DNA from: Tricharina praecox
Lineage: Eukaryota
NCBI RefSeq assembly: GCF_024521635.1
Contig: NW_026250444.1
Location: forward strand, 62,001 to 126,000
Length of the DNA: 64,000 bases
Reading direction: 5' to 3'
The notes beneath the pieces are model-generated. The model worked only from the letters and a program-made list of their open reading frames with translations. It did not search any database and was not told the origin of the DNA. A program made the position numbers and the translations under genes. Below are positions 37,142 through 46,850 of the stretch, in pieces. Positions within the stretch are counted from its first letter, which is position 1, and every line of letters begins with the position of its first letter.

Positions 37142-37971
37142 TGTGAGACTGGAACCAGTTTGCGTCGTCAGAGTCTATGGTAGTATCGAGTGTAGAATAA
37201 AAGTCAGGGATTTCGATAATTCACAACGGAATAATCTTAAGGGTGTTTGTTCGATGGTTTGTTCGGTGCGATGATGGTTAACTGGTTCGGTTGCTCGCTC
37301 GGTTCAATTATAGTCGTCCCGGTCCTCAGCACGTGATTCCTCTAGAGTGCGGCCTAACATAGCTCCGTTGCTTCCTTTGCATCAGAGTTCCGCGGCCTAG
37401 CCTTGAGTCGTCGTCAGCTCTCTTCGGATAGTCTTCTCGACTAGGCAGGTGGTAAACACCATGCGCCCAAGATAGATCGGAGTTTCCAAGCAATTATCTC
37501 CCTCATGCGCCGGCAGAGTTCTTCGCTCGAAGTTGTCTGCCCCCATCGGTCGATGTTCGATTCTCTCGTCATAACAGTTTTTTCCTGGATCAGAGTTCCT
37601 ACTGCGGGGCCCTATGATCGGAGATCTCAAAGTCCTCTGGACTGTTATCCCGATCTCCCGCATCTCCGATCACTGTCTAGACTCTGGAATCCGTTTGCTC
37701 CCTCCTTCCTATCTTGTCCTTGATCGCTTCTAACTATCCTTTCGGCTCACAACTCTATTCTAATCACCCGGATTATCTAATCACATCTGTTGCGACCGTC
37801 GTGTCCTCCGATACCTATCGGGGTGTCACACCATCTCCCCTCCCACGAGGCTTCGGCCCGAAGCACCCAAGTCCTCGCCTTTATCCTAACTTTGATAACT
37901 GTGGATGAAGTCCTCCATCCCCTTCATATACTACCTGCCCGAGTTCGAGAAAACCACATGGGAAAAAACTC

Positions 37972-40900
37972 TTACTCATCTGTGAGCCGGTAGTCCCTCG
38001 GCGCATCGGGATTTTTGCGATGAAACTCGCGTAGCTTTTCCCGACCGCCTACTGAGAAGTTGTCGAATGGCTCGTTCGTCCAGTCCCGTCGTTCGGGGTA
38101 GTTGAGCCATTTCACAAGGTAGAGCACTCGTCGACCTTTCTTCGAGCTGCCCATAACCTCGTCGACGTCGTATTCTTCGTTGCCTTCCACATCGTCGGCC
38201 TCTCGTAAGATCTGAGAGGGATCCGGTGGTGCTCGGGTGCCGGCTCGGAACGGTTCAACGAGCGAGACGTGAAAGACATCATGAATCTTCCACTTCCTTG
38301 GCAGAGTGAGCTTGACAGCGAGCGGCGATACGATCTTCTCGATTTGGAAGGGACCATGGTTCTTGTGGTCCAACTTCCGCGAGGGTCGGCGGGTTTGAAT
38401 GTTCCGCCCATTGAGCATTACCAAGTCTCCTACTTGATAAGCCGGTGCCTCCTGACGATGTTGATCTGCATACTTGCGCATTCGTTCGCGCGTTCGTTCG
38501 AGGGTCTTGATGTTTTCCTCGTGGACTGTATGCATCCAGTGAGCGTAGACCTTGCTGCCGGGGTTGAGAGAATTTGCCGCAGCAGGGTTTGTCGCCGACG
38601 GGTGGTATCCGAAATTCGCATAGAAGGGCGACATTCCGGTTGCCGATGTAACCGAGTTGTTGTAGGCAAACTCAGCCATCGGTAGGAGATTTACCCAATC
38701 GTTCTGTTCGTAGTTGACGGAGGAGCGGAGGTATGCTTCGATCGTCTGGTTGAGGCGTTCGGTTTGTCCATCCGTCTGTGGGTGGAACGCTGTTGACATC
38801 CGGGGCTTAATGCCTAGCAGCCGGATGTATTCTTTCCATGTACCCGAGGTAAACCGTGAGTCTCGGTCCGACACTATGCCTGCTGGTAATCCGTGAAAGC
38901 GCCATAACTCGCGGGCAAAAATCTTCGCGGAATCCTCGGCTATCTTTCCATCCTTAGGTAGGGGGATGAAATGCGTCATCTTGGTGAAGCGGTCGACGAC
39001 CACCCATAGCTGATCGCATCCGTTGGATTCCGGTAGGTCGGTAATGAAGTCCATGGCTATTGATTGCCATGGGGTGTATGGTAACTCGAGGGGATTGAGT
39101 AGTCCATACGGCTGGTGCCTTGTTGCTTTGTCCTTCTGACACTGCGCGCAACTCTGGACGAAGTCTATAATCTGCTCGTCCATCTTTGGCCACCAGAAAT
39201 TGCGCCGGATAAGTTCGATAGTCTTGTCCTGGCCCATATGCCCCGCGACTTTCGTATCGTGTTCCGACTCGAGGATGTGTCTGACGAGTTCCTTGTCGTC
39301 TGGTACCCATAGCCTTTCTTTCCTATACAGGGACCCCTCTTTAATCCTCAACATCCTGGCCTTTCGACCCATCCTGCCGGAGTCCCTACTCTTGGCGGCC
39401 AGTTCCCAGGCCTTTCGGCCCTCCGACTCAGTGTCCTTCTGAGCCGCGTCCTCGTTCGTGTCCTTGATGCTACTCAGAGCCTCCTGATACCCAGCATCTT
39501 TCTTTCCTGCCTTCCTGACCCAACCCAGAAATTCTTCATTCCACTTTGGCACGGGGATTGATTGTAGCCGGGTTGACAAAACTAGGAACACGGTGCTTTC
39601 GCCTCCGGTGCTGATTGATGAAAGTCTCGAATCGTCGCCTGCAAAGTGTGATTTATGCAGGATCGTCGTAATCGGCTGATGTTCACCCCCCCCTTTTTCA
39701 GGGCGGTACTCCGGGCGCCTGGATAATGCGTCAGGCTTGCCGTTCTGGCTGCCGGGCCGGTAGTAGATTTTGAAGTCGATGCCAGCGAGTTCTTGTGCCC
39801 ATCTCGCCTGCCGTCGATTGAGTACTTTCGTGGTTGTGAAGTACTCAAGGTTCTGGTGGTCGCTGTACACCTGGATCTGGTGTTTTGCTCCCTCGAGGTA
39901 TTGCCGCCAGCGTTTGAAAGAGTTTACTATCGCGAGTAGTTCCTTATCGTGAATCTCGAAGTTGATTTCGGCTGGGGTAAACTTTCTTGAGTGGAACGCA
40001 ACCGGGTGTAACTTCCCATCCTCTGCCTTTTGAAACAGGACCGCGCCCAACGCGAAGTCCGAAGCGTCGGATTCGACCACGACAGGTAGTTCCGGGTTGA
40101 AGTGCCTGAGAATCGGTCCCGTGGTGAACCTATACTTCAGCTCCTGGAAGGCCAGTTCCATCTCCCCTATCCATCTCCAATCCTTCCCTTTTTCTTTTGT
40201 GCTCTCGGTCAAGGGTCTCGTGATCTTTGAGAAATCCTTGATGAAGCGCCTGTAAAAATTGGCGAACCCAAGAAAGGCTTGTACTTCCTTCAGGGACCGC
40301 GGCGCCTCCCACGAGATCACAGATTCCACCTTGTCCTTAGCCATCTCAATTCCATCTTGGGATATCACGTATCCTAGGAACTCGACTCTCCCTGTCGACC
40401 AGACACACTTCTCTGGTGAGATTGCCAACTTATTTTCTTCCAACCTCTTTAGTACCTCGATGACTATCTTGTCATGCTCCTCGTGCGTCTTCGCATAGAT
40501 GAGGAGGTCATCGATGCACGCGGCCAGTCCCAGGTCCAACATATCCCGAAATATGTGGTTAATCATGTCCTGAAACGTCGCTGGAGCGTTGGTCAGCCCA
40601 AACGGCATGACCAAAAACTCAAACAGTCCGTATCGACAGCGGAAAGCCGTCTTCCACTCGTCACCTTCCTTGATGCGGATAAGGTGATAGCCATTCTTCA
40701 GATCAATCTTGGTGAAGACTTTCGCACCCCTGACTCGGTCTTGCAACTCTGCCATGATCGGGAGTGGGTAGCGATTGGCTACGGTAATCTTGTTGATACC
40801 GCGATAGTCGACACACAATCGGAGACCCCTGCCGTGCGCCTTTGGTACAAATAATATCGGCGCCCCGGCTGGTGATTTGGATCTTCGAATCTTGCCTGTC

Positions 40901-41781
40901 TGGAGCATCTCCTTGAGCCACTCCCTGAGGGCCTCAAGTTCTTTCTCTGACAGCGCATAGATAGGGCCCCATGGAGGAGTCTCTCCTTCCTTGAGATCGA
41001 TTGCGTGGCTGTAGGACTTGTGGTCGGGAAGCTTACCGGCTGCTTCCTTGCTCATGATGTTGGCATATCGTCTGAATTTCTCCGGAAGCAGATTTATGAG
41101 TGGATCTGATTCCGGGCCAGCCGACACGTATCCGATAATGCGAGCTTCCGAATTGTGAACGACAGACGTGTCAAGTTCCATCGGAAAGCTGGTCGCTTGA
41201 TGCAAGGTACATTGTTCCTTGCAACGGGCACTGGTGAAGCAGATTTTCTGTGCTTCATTCTCCCACAACCCTGTCGGTTCATGCTTAGCCATCCACCAAT
41301 ACGGGAGGTAGGCATCGCAGTCGTCCAAGGGAGCCACTTCGAAGGTTTCGTTGGTGTAGTGCCTCCGGTGTTGAAGGAGCATCGGCATTGTATAATATTC
41401 CCCGGCTCCTTCGACTATGGTTCCGTGGAAGTCCTTGATTTCCACCGGCTTAGGTCGTTGAATGAGGGGCAACCCAAGTTCTCGTGCAAGGCTTCGTTTG
41501 ATGATCGGAATGGCACATCCTGTGTCGAGGAGTACTGGGATCCGTCGTCGCTTGTGCTCAGACCAGAGGAGCATCATTTCTATGATTGGTCGTGGTCCGC
41601 TGACAGGTTTTGGGGGCTCACACCCTGAGGCGCTCGGCGCGGTTGGACTCGTAGAAATAGGTCGGTCCGTCCGTCTTCGCTTATCTCTGGATTCGCTGTC
41701 GATATCCTGAGGCCGTGGTCTCTTCGTTCCGCAAACATATACACCTGGCCGTCCAGTCTGCGGAGTGCTGGGGCCGCTCAA
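37972..41781 (-). CDS. pol: Pol polyprotein: protease-RT-RNase H-integrase-chromodomain (expressed by -1 frameshift)
   Basis: LLDTG; LRLCVDYRGIN, KIDLKNGYHL, MPFGLTNAPATFQ, CIDD; SDASDFALGAVL; HHCC zinc finger, DFITDLP, DRDSRF, GPFQI; YLVKWLNY..WTNEP. Confidence 0.97.
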   Translation of the reverse strand: MSGPSTPQTGRPGVYVCGTKRPRPQDIDSESRDKRRRTDRPISTSPTAPSASGCEPPKPVSGPRPIIEMMLLWSEHKRRRIPVLLDTGCAIPIIKRSLARELGLPLIQRPKPVEIKDFHGTIVEGAGEYYTMPMLLQHRRHYTNETFEVAPLDDCDAYLPYWWMAKHEPTGLWENEAQKICFTSARCKEQCTLHQATSFPMELDTSVVHNSEARIIGYVSAGPESDPLINLLPEKFRRYANIMSKEAAGKLPDHKSYSHAIDLKEGETPPWGPIYALSEKELEALREWLKEMLQTGKIRRSKSPAGAPILFVPKAHGRGLRLCVDYRGINKITVANRYPLPIMAELQDRVRGAKVFTKIDLKNGYHLIRIKEGDEWKTAFRCRYGLFEFLVMPFGLTNAPATFQDMINHIFRDMLDLGLAACIDDLLIYAKTHEEHDKIVIEVLKRLEENKLAISPEKCVWSTGRVEFLGYVISQDGIEMAKDKVESVISWEAPRSLKEVQAFLGFANFYRRFIKDFSKITRPLTESTKEKGKDWRWIGEMELAFQELKYRFTTGPILRHFNPELPVVVESDASDFALGAVLFQKAEDGKLHPVAFHSRKFTPAEINFEIHDKELLAIVNSFKRWRQYLEGAKHQIQVYSDHQNLEYFTTTKVLNRRQARWAQELAGIDFKIYYRPGSQNGKPDALSRRPEYRPEKGGGEHQPITTILHKSHFAGDDSRLSSISTGGESTVFLVLSTRLQSIPVPKWNEEFLGWVRKAGKKDAGYQEALSSIKDTNEDAAQKDTESEGRKAWELAAKSRDSGRMGRKARMLRIKEGSLYRKERLWVPDDKELVRHILESEHDTKVAGHMGQDKTIELIRRNFWWPKMDEQIIDFVQSCAQCQKDKATRHQPYGLLNPLELPYTPWQSIAMDFITDLPESNGCDQLWVVVDRFTKMTHFIPLPKDGKIAEDSAKIFARELWRFHGLPAGIVSDRDSRFTSGTWKEYIRLLGIKPRMSTAFHPQTDGQTERLNQTIEAYLRSSVNYEQNDWVNLLPMAEFAYNNSVTSATGMSPFYANFGYHPSATNPAAANSLNPGSKVYAHWMHTVHEENIKTLERTRERMRKYADQHRQEAPAYQVGDLVMLNGRNIQTRRPSRKLDHKNHGPFQIEKIVSPLAVKLTLPRKWKIHDVFHVSLVEPFRAGTRAPPDPSQILREADDVEGNEEYDVDEVMGSSKKGRRVLYLVKWLNYPERRDWTNEPFDNFSVGGREKLREFHRKNPDAPRDYRLTDE

Positions 41782-43781
41782 AAATCCTCCGGCTCACTCT
41801 CATTCCCTTCCCAGAATGGAGGCGCCTCCGTCATTGCTTCATCCTCCACCACAACCGCCGCAGCCTTGTGTTGCTTGGACCTTGGTCGAGTGGGTTCGGC
41901 ATCCTGGGTGTCCCGCTTTCTCTTTGTCACGGATGACACCTTTGGACTCTCGGGGAGTTCGGTACCCGCGACTGTTTTTCTGGCGTAGCATTGGAAGGTT
42001 CGGTGGCCGTCTCGTCCGCAACGCCAACAGTCGCACTTGGATGCTTTGTGGGCATCGATCTCCTTCTGGGGAACCCCTACCAGAGCCTCCTTTGCTCCTG
42101 CGTAGATGTCCCCTTCCCTTGTCCTTCCCTTCCTGACTCCTGTTGCTTCCTTGGCCTTTCGGCCCTCCGGGGACTCCCCGCTTTCCTTGCGGCCCCCGGG
42201 GTCTCTACCCTTTCCTTGGCCCTGCCGGCCGTTGCCAGGTCCCTTCCGGTCGCCGCCGGAACCCTGGCTACCCGATCCCCCTTTCCTCATTGCCCTTGCC
42301 TTCTTCAGCGCGTCCCGTCGTTCCACATGGTTGCCAGCCCTGAGCACCGTTTCCAGGAAGTCTTCATCGTCTTCGTAGGGTTCGGTGTGCTGGTTGAAGC
42401 ACATATCGACGATGTCGGTAGTCATGGCCTGGTTGACTATGTCTTGTAGCGGTTCGCCGGTGGCGCGAGCGATCATGTTGAGCGATCGGAAGGAGGTCAT
42501 GTAAGCCTGAATGTCTCCTTTGTATTCGAGGGCCCACATCCTTCTTAATGCGTTCGCTCCTTCCTGCGTGTCGCGGTACGCCTCCTTGAGTGCCTCTTGG
42601 TACGCCTGCCAGGTATCTTCCAAGTGTAGCTGTCTCAGGCTTTTTCGACGGGCCTGATGCCATTCTGCCGCTGTCCCTTCCAGTCGGGATCCCACCCACG
42701 CTATCTTCTGCTGCTCGTTTGTCTCTGGGTGGAACTCAAGATATTCTTCAACTGAGTCCCACCATGGACGGAAGGCTGTTCTTTGCTTGCCATCGAACGG
42801 CTTGGGCTCTTTCATTTTAAGCTTGATGGCCCTCGGGTTCGATGCGGAGACGGCAGCAGCGATGATCCGAGCGAAGCGACTCTCTTCGTCTTCGTCGTCT
42901 TCTCTTGGTAGCGGAGCGTGTCGGTGACGGGGCGGCGAACGACGCGGCAAGGGGATGGAATCGTCATCATCCGATGGTTCCTCATCCGAGGGATCACCTC
43001 CAAGGTTAGTCACCGGACGTCTTGGGGGTGGAGGAGGAGGGGACATTCCTGCACCTGCCGGAGTTTCCCTTGTTGCTGACCTTTCTGCCCGCGATCCTCC
43101 TCTTGGGGTAGTGTTTACCCACTCCGGGGCCTTTTCCTTCGCCTTCCCTGTCCTTACCTCTACAGCCTTCAATTTTTTCTCTGCTCGAGCGATTTTTTCC
43201 TTGATTCGCTGTTGCTCCTTGTAGAGGTATTCTGCCTTCTCTTCCTGTTTCCCTGCCCAAATTTCCACGTTGCGGTTGTACACCGCTTGCTCCCTGCGTT
43301 GTTCGACTTGCGCCGTTTCGAGGAACACGATGGCGTCTTGTAGCCGAGCGTTTGCGACGCTTTGCAACTCGCGGTTGTCTTCGTCTTTCTGGTTACGTTC
43401 TCGAATGACTGCCCATACGTCGCTGCTCAGGGCGTGCGTCGCGTTCGCTACCGTTGACAGCTCGGTTCGAAGCCATTCTGTATTCATTTCGGCATTGTGA
43501 GCGTAGAGGTTGTACACATACTTGACCCCATCGCAGAGTTGTTCGTAGTTCCTTCTGATTTCCTGCATTCGGGAGTCCTCTTCGTTGAACTTCTGACCGC
43601 ATGCTTGGTAAAGCTGGCGCAGGTCTCTTTGTGCCGTTTGGTATTGGTGGTTCATCAGCCTGAGCCAGGCTGCCGGGTTTCGTACTTCGACGGTTTCGGA
43701 TGCTTGCGGGATGCTAACGAGCGCATTGCTCAGGGTCTGAGGAAGTTGGAGGCGGAGCATGTCGAGGTTTGAGGAGGACAT
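41778..43781 (-). CDS. gag: Gag (667 aa) with CCHC zinc knuckle
   Basis: EPKPFDG capsid motif and CWRCGRDGHRTFQC (CX2CX4HX4C); ATG 38 nt after the 5' LTR. Confidence 0.95.
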   Translation of the reverse strand: MSSSNLDMLRLQLPQTLSNALVSIPQASETVEVRNPAAWLRLMNHQYQTAQRDLRQLYQACGQKFNEEDSRMQEIRRNYEQLCDGVKYVYNLYAHNAEMNTEWLRTELSTVANATHALSSDVWAVIRERNQKDEDNRELQSVANARLQDAIVFLETAQVEQRREQAVYNRNVEIWAGKQEEKAEYLYKEQQRIKEKIARAEKKLKAVEVRTGKAKEKAPEWVNTTPRGGSRAERSATRETPAGAGMSPPPPPPRRPVTNLGGDPSDEEPSDDDDSIPLPRRSPPRHRHAPLPREDDEDEESRFARIIAAAVSASNPRAIKLKMKEPKPFDGKQRTAFRPWWDSVEEYLEFHPETNEQQKIAWVGSRLEGTAAEWHQARRKSLRQLHLEDTWQAYQEALKEAYRDTQEGANALRRMWALEYKGDIQAYMTSFRSLNMIARATGEPLQDIVNQAMTTDIVDMCFNQHTEPYEDDEDFLETVLRAGNHVERRDALKKARAMRKGGSGSQGSGGDRKGPGNGRQGQGKGRDPGGRKESGESPEGRKAKEATGVRKGRTREGDIYAGAKEALVGVPQKEIDAHKASKCDCWRCGRDGHRTFQCYARKTVAGTELPESPKVSSVTKRKRDTQDAEPTRPRSKQHKAAAVVVEDEAMTEAPPFWEGNESEPEDF

Positions 43782-44508
43782 ATCGATAGAAATCGGTGAC
43801 TGTAACCTTAAGATTATAGTGTGAGACTGGGACGGGTTGGTGCCGTCGGAGTCTATGGTGATATCGAGGATAGAATAAAAGTCAGGGATTTCGACAATTC
43901 ACAACGGAATAATCTTAAGGGTGTTTGTTCGATGGTTTGTTCGGTGCGATGATTGTAGTTTGTTCGGTTGCCCGCTCGGTTCGACTTATAGCCGTCCCGA
44001 TCCTCAGCACGTGATTCCTCTAGAGTGCGGCCTAACGTAGCTCCGTTGCTTCCTTTGCATCGGAGTTCCGCGGCCTAGCCTTGAGTCGTCGTCAGCTCTC
44101 TTCGGATAGTCTTCTCGACTAGGCAGGTGGTAAACACCACGCGCCCAAGATAGATCGGAGTTTCCGAGCAATTATCTCCCTCATGCGCCGGCAGAGTTCT
44201 TCGCTCGAAGTTGTCTGCCCCCATCGGTCGATGTTCGATTCTCTCGTCATAACAGTTTTTTCCTGGATCAGAGTTCCTACTGCGGGGCCCTATGATCGGA
44301 GATCTCAAAGTCCTCTGGACTGTTATCCCGATCTCCCGCATCTCCGATCACTGTCTAGACTCTGGAATCCGTTTGCTCCCTCCTTCCTATCTTGTCCTTG
44401 ATCGCTTCTAACTATCCTTTCGGCTCGCAACTCTATTCTAATCACCCGAACTATCTAATCACATCTCTTGCGACCGTCGTGACCTCCGATACCTATCGGG
44501 GTGTCACA

Positions 44509-45081
44509 TCTATATAGTTGGGTGATTTGGTCGAATAACGTGCCAGCTGTTGCCGTAGCTTGTTGCCGGATGGAAACCCTGGCGTGAAATCTCTGCACTT
44601 GGTGCGGAGATTTTCTCCGCCATGTCATCAGAGTCGTCGTAAGCCTTCAGGATAGTTTATACAAACTAGGCAGGTATGGCGCATCAATCCTTACCCGAGC
44701 ATAGTCCGGTTTCAGCTATCTCTTCGCTGGGCCACGGCTGCGCCTTTCGGCACGGCTCTTATTTGCTTAAGACGCGAGAAGAGGGGCAACACTCGTCAGA
44801 GTGGTTTGTCTCCGATCAGAGTTTTCTCTGCGCTTGTTTCGCGGTTCGCCTGCCTCAAGTCAAGCATGACTGTATCGGACTTTTCATGCGTATCGCTGCG
44901 CCTCTGATCCCACCTAGACTCTGGTCCCGTTTGCTTCCCTCCTTCCCATCTCGTCTCTGACTAGCTACGACTAATCTAAAGGTTTCCTCCTGCTCCCCGA
45001 TCTATCTAACTATGCTTCCCGAACTTCCATTGGTAAGAAGCGGGACCCTGAAGCCGGGCCGACTGCGACCAGGGTGTCACA
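44509..45081 (-). mobile_element. Truncated LTR, family C (U3 part), inserted in family B gag
   Basis: Begins TGTGACACCC at 45081 where the gag B reading stops; cut at a TATATA motif by the family A LTR. Confidence 0.6.
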
Positions 45082-45822
45082 ACGGCGCACAAGTTGCCGG
45101 TGGAGTTCGATGGATACTCCTTCTTGCAGCGGGTCGAGCTTCGCATGCTCGTCCCAATTGAGCTTGAAGACAAGCATCTGGAATCCCGCAAAGTAGGAGG
45201 TGAACTCCTTGTTGCCTTGCTTCAGGTGGTGCAGCTTGGCTCCAGCGGTGGCCGCTGGGTTGGGGTCACCAAACGCGATGTTCAGGAGTGTGATGATAGC
45301 ATTGGCGTCAGTAAGTGTAATGTTGTTGTCCTGTATGTATGGCAGGATCTGGGTTTGAGCGGGGCCTTCTAAAAGATTGAAGGCTTAGGCCATTCAGAGT
45401 ACGGGGGTGGGGAACCGGGTTGAGTCGCTTTACAGCTTGAGTTGAACTTGTGCAATGAATCCTTCCAGTTTCTCGCAGGTACCATCGCACATGGCGGGCT
45501 CTGGGACACGCTCGGCACGGCTTTGAGGCTGGGCTTTGACAGTGGCAAGCCGGGTGACGATTAGTCTTGCGCCGCCAAGTTGTTCCTCCAGGTTGTCTAT
45601 GCGCCATGTTGGTGCTGCTATTGGTGACTGGGTGATTGCTAACCCGATGACCTTGAATCCGTTATACACCCTCTGCAGGGTTGCATCTTCGGCTGGTGCG
45701 CCGTGGTTAACAATCACTTGAAGTTTTTCGCACATGTTGGTGGGAATTTCTCCGTAAAAGGGGGGTACTGCAGTGGCTACCTCCGGTTGGGCCAGATCTG
45801 AAGCTTGGGGGTTGGCAGCCAT
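45082..45822 (-). mobile_element. Degenerate gypsy gag, family B
   Basis: ERVPEPAMCDGTCEKLEGFIAQVQLKL*..AFGDPN..AKLHHLKQGNKEFTSYFAGF..LNWDE (retrotransposon gag pattern), with stops. Confidence 0.85.
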
Positions 45823-45860
45823 GACGGTTCGCTAGGTGGAGAGATAGAGACGCAGCAAAG

Positions 45861-46450
45861 TGTAACGGCACGGTCAGGCTGGGCTCCAGGTAGCGAAGAC
45901 GGGTGGACAGATGGACGGGAACTGGGCTGGGCAAGGTATGACTAGCCCTGAAGACAAGGCGAGATGGGACTTGGTGCAGACAGCAACTGAGAAACAAGGG
46001 TGGAAACAGCAACTACGGCGCAGACGGCAGCTGAGGTGAGGACAGAGGTAACAGTGATTGAATTAACAAGTTGTTGCATGAAGAACTCAGTACAAAGGGG
46101 CAACGGCCCGTTTATATAGGAAATCCTCCACTTCTTCCTGCAACCTGACAATGATTGTGGGCATGTGCCAGATCATGACAAATCCACCTTGCGAGTACCC
46201 TCCTTTCGTGACTCATACCCTGCACAGCCGCGCTACCCATGCTTCCTGCACACAGCCCTAATCCTCTGCGACTTATCCTTGTGATGCCAATGCACTGCCT
46301 CTCAACTCTTCTGAACCTTGCGCCGGCCCTTCCTTTTTCATTCTGTTGCAAGCCCTGAACCCGTGCTTCCATACTTTTGTTCTTCTGTGTTTCAGTGCTT
46401 CCACTTTGTACTGTCGATGATAGCCGCATGTACTATTATGGCATTGTTCT
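45861..46450 (-). mobile_element. 5' LTR of family B (upstream boundary uncertain)
   Basis: Homologous to 36767-37141; ends GCCGTTACA at 45861, an imperfect inverted match to TGTCATGGC; gag ATG 38 nt downstream. Confidence 0.7.
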
Positions 46451-46503
46451 TTGGGGTCTCTACCTGATTCGCAGTCTCTGTATCCTTGATTGTTCAAGGT
46501 CTC

Positions 46504-46625
46504 ATTGGCTTTGGATCTTTGAAGCTATCTTATCTTTGGGTCTTTGAGGTGCCATTGTCTTTGGATCTTTGAGGTGCCATTGTCTTTGGATCTTTGAGGT
46601 GCCATTGACTTTGAATCTTTGAGGT
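46504..46625. repeat. 25-bp tandem repeat, about 4-5 copies
   Basis: TTTGGATCTTTGAGGTGCCATTGTC repeated. Confidence 0.85.
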
Positions 46626-46790
46626 CTCCATATCTGTGCTTAATTGTGGACGCTTTGGGCTTTGCGGGCACTTTGGGTGTTTTGAGGGAATATTTTATTC
46701 TATTTGATGCTGTAGAATCACTGCGATCACGGCGAATCACTCGTCTATCACACTTTTTGACGAATTCTGGAGTTCTGGAACTCTGGCTGT

Positions 46791-46850
46791 GATATTGCCA
46801 TGGTTTATCCAAGTCGCATGTAATTCATGAGTAATGAGTAAACAAAAAAA
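46791..46850 (+). repeat. Retroposon 3'-terminal motif copy
   Basis: GATATTGCCATGGTTTATCCAAGTCGCATGTAAT..GAGTAAAC(A)7. Confidence 0.65.

Larger units (their letters stand above)
37142..44508 (-). mobile_element. Structurally full-length Ty3/gypsy chromovirus (family A), 7.37 kb; LTRs 43820-44508 (5') and 37142-37830 (3'); PPT 37831-37844
   Basis: Two 689-bp TG..CA direct repeats, PPT GGGAGGGGAGATGG, open gag and pol. Flanks GCTGC and TCTAT do not form a TSD. Confidence 0.97.
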
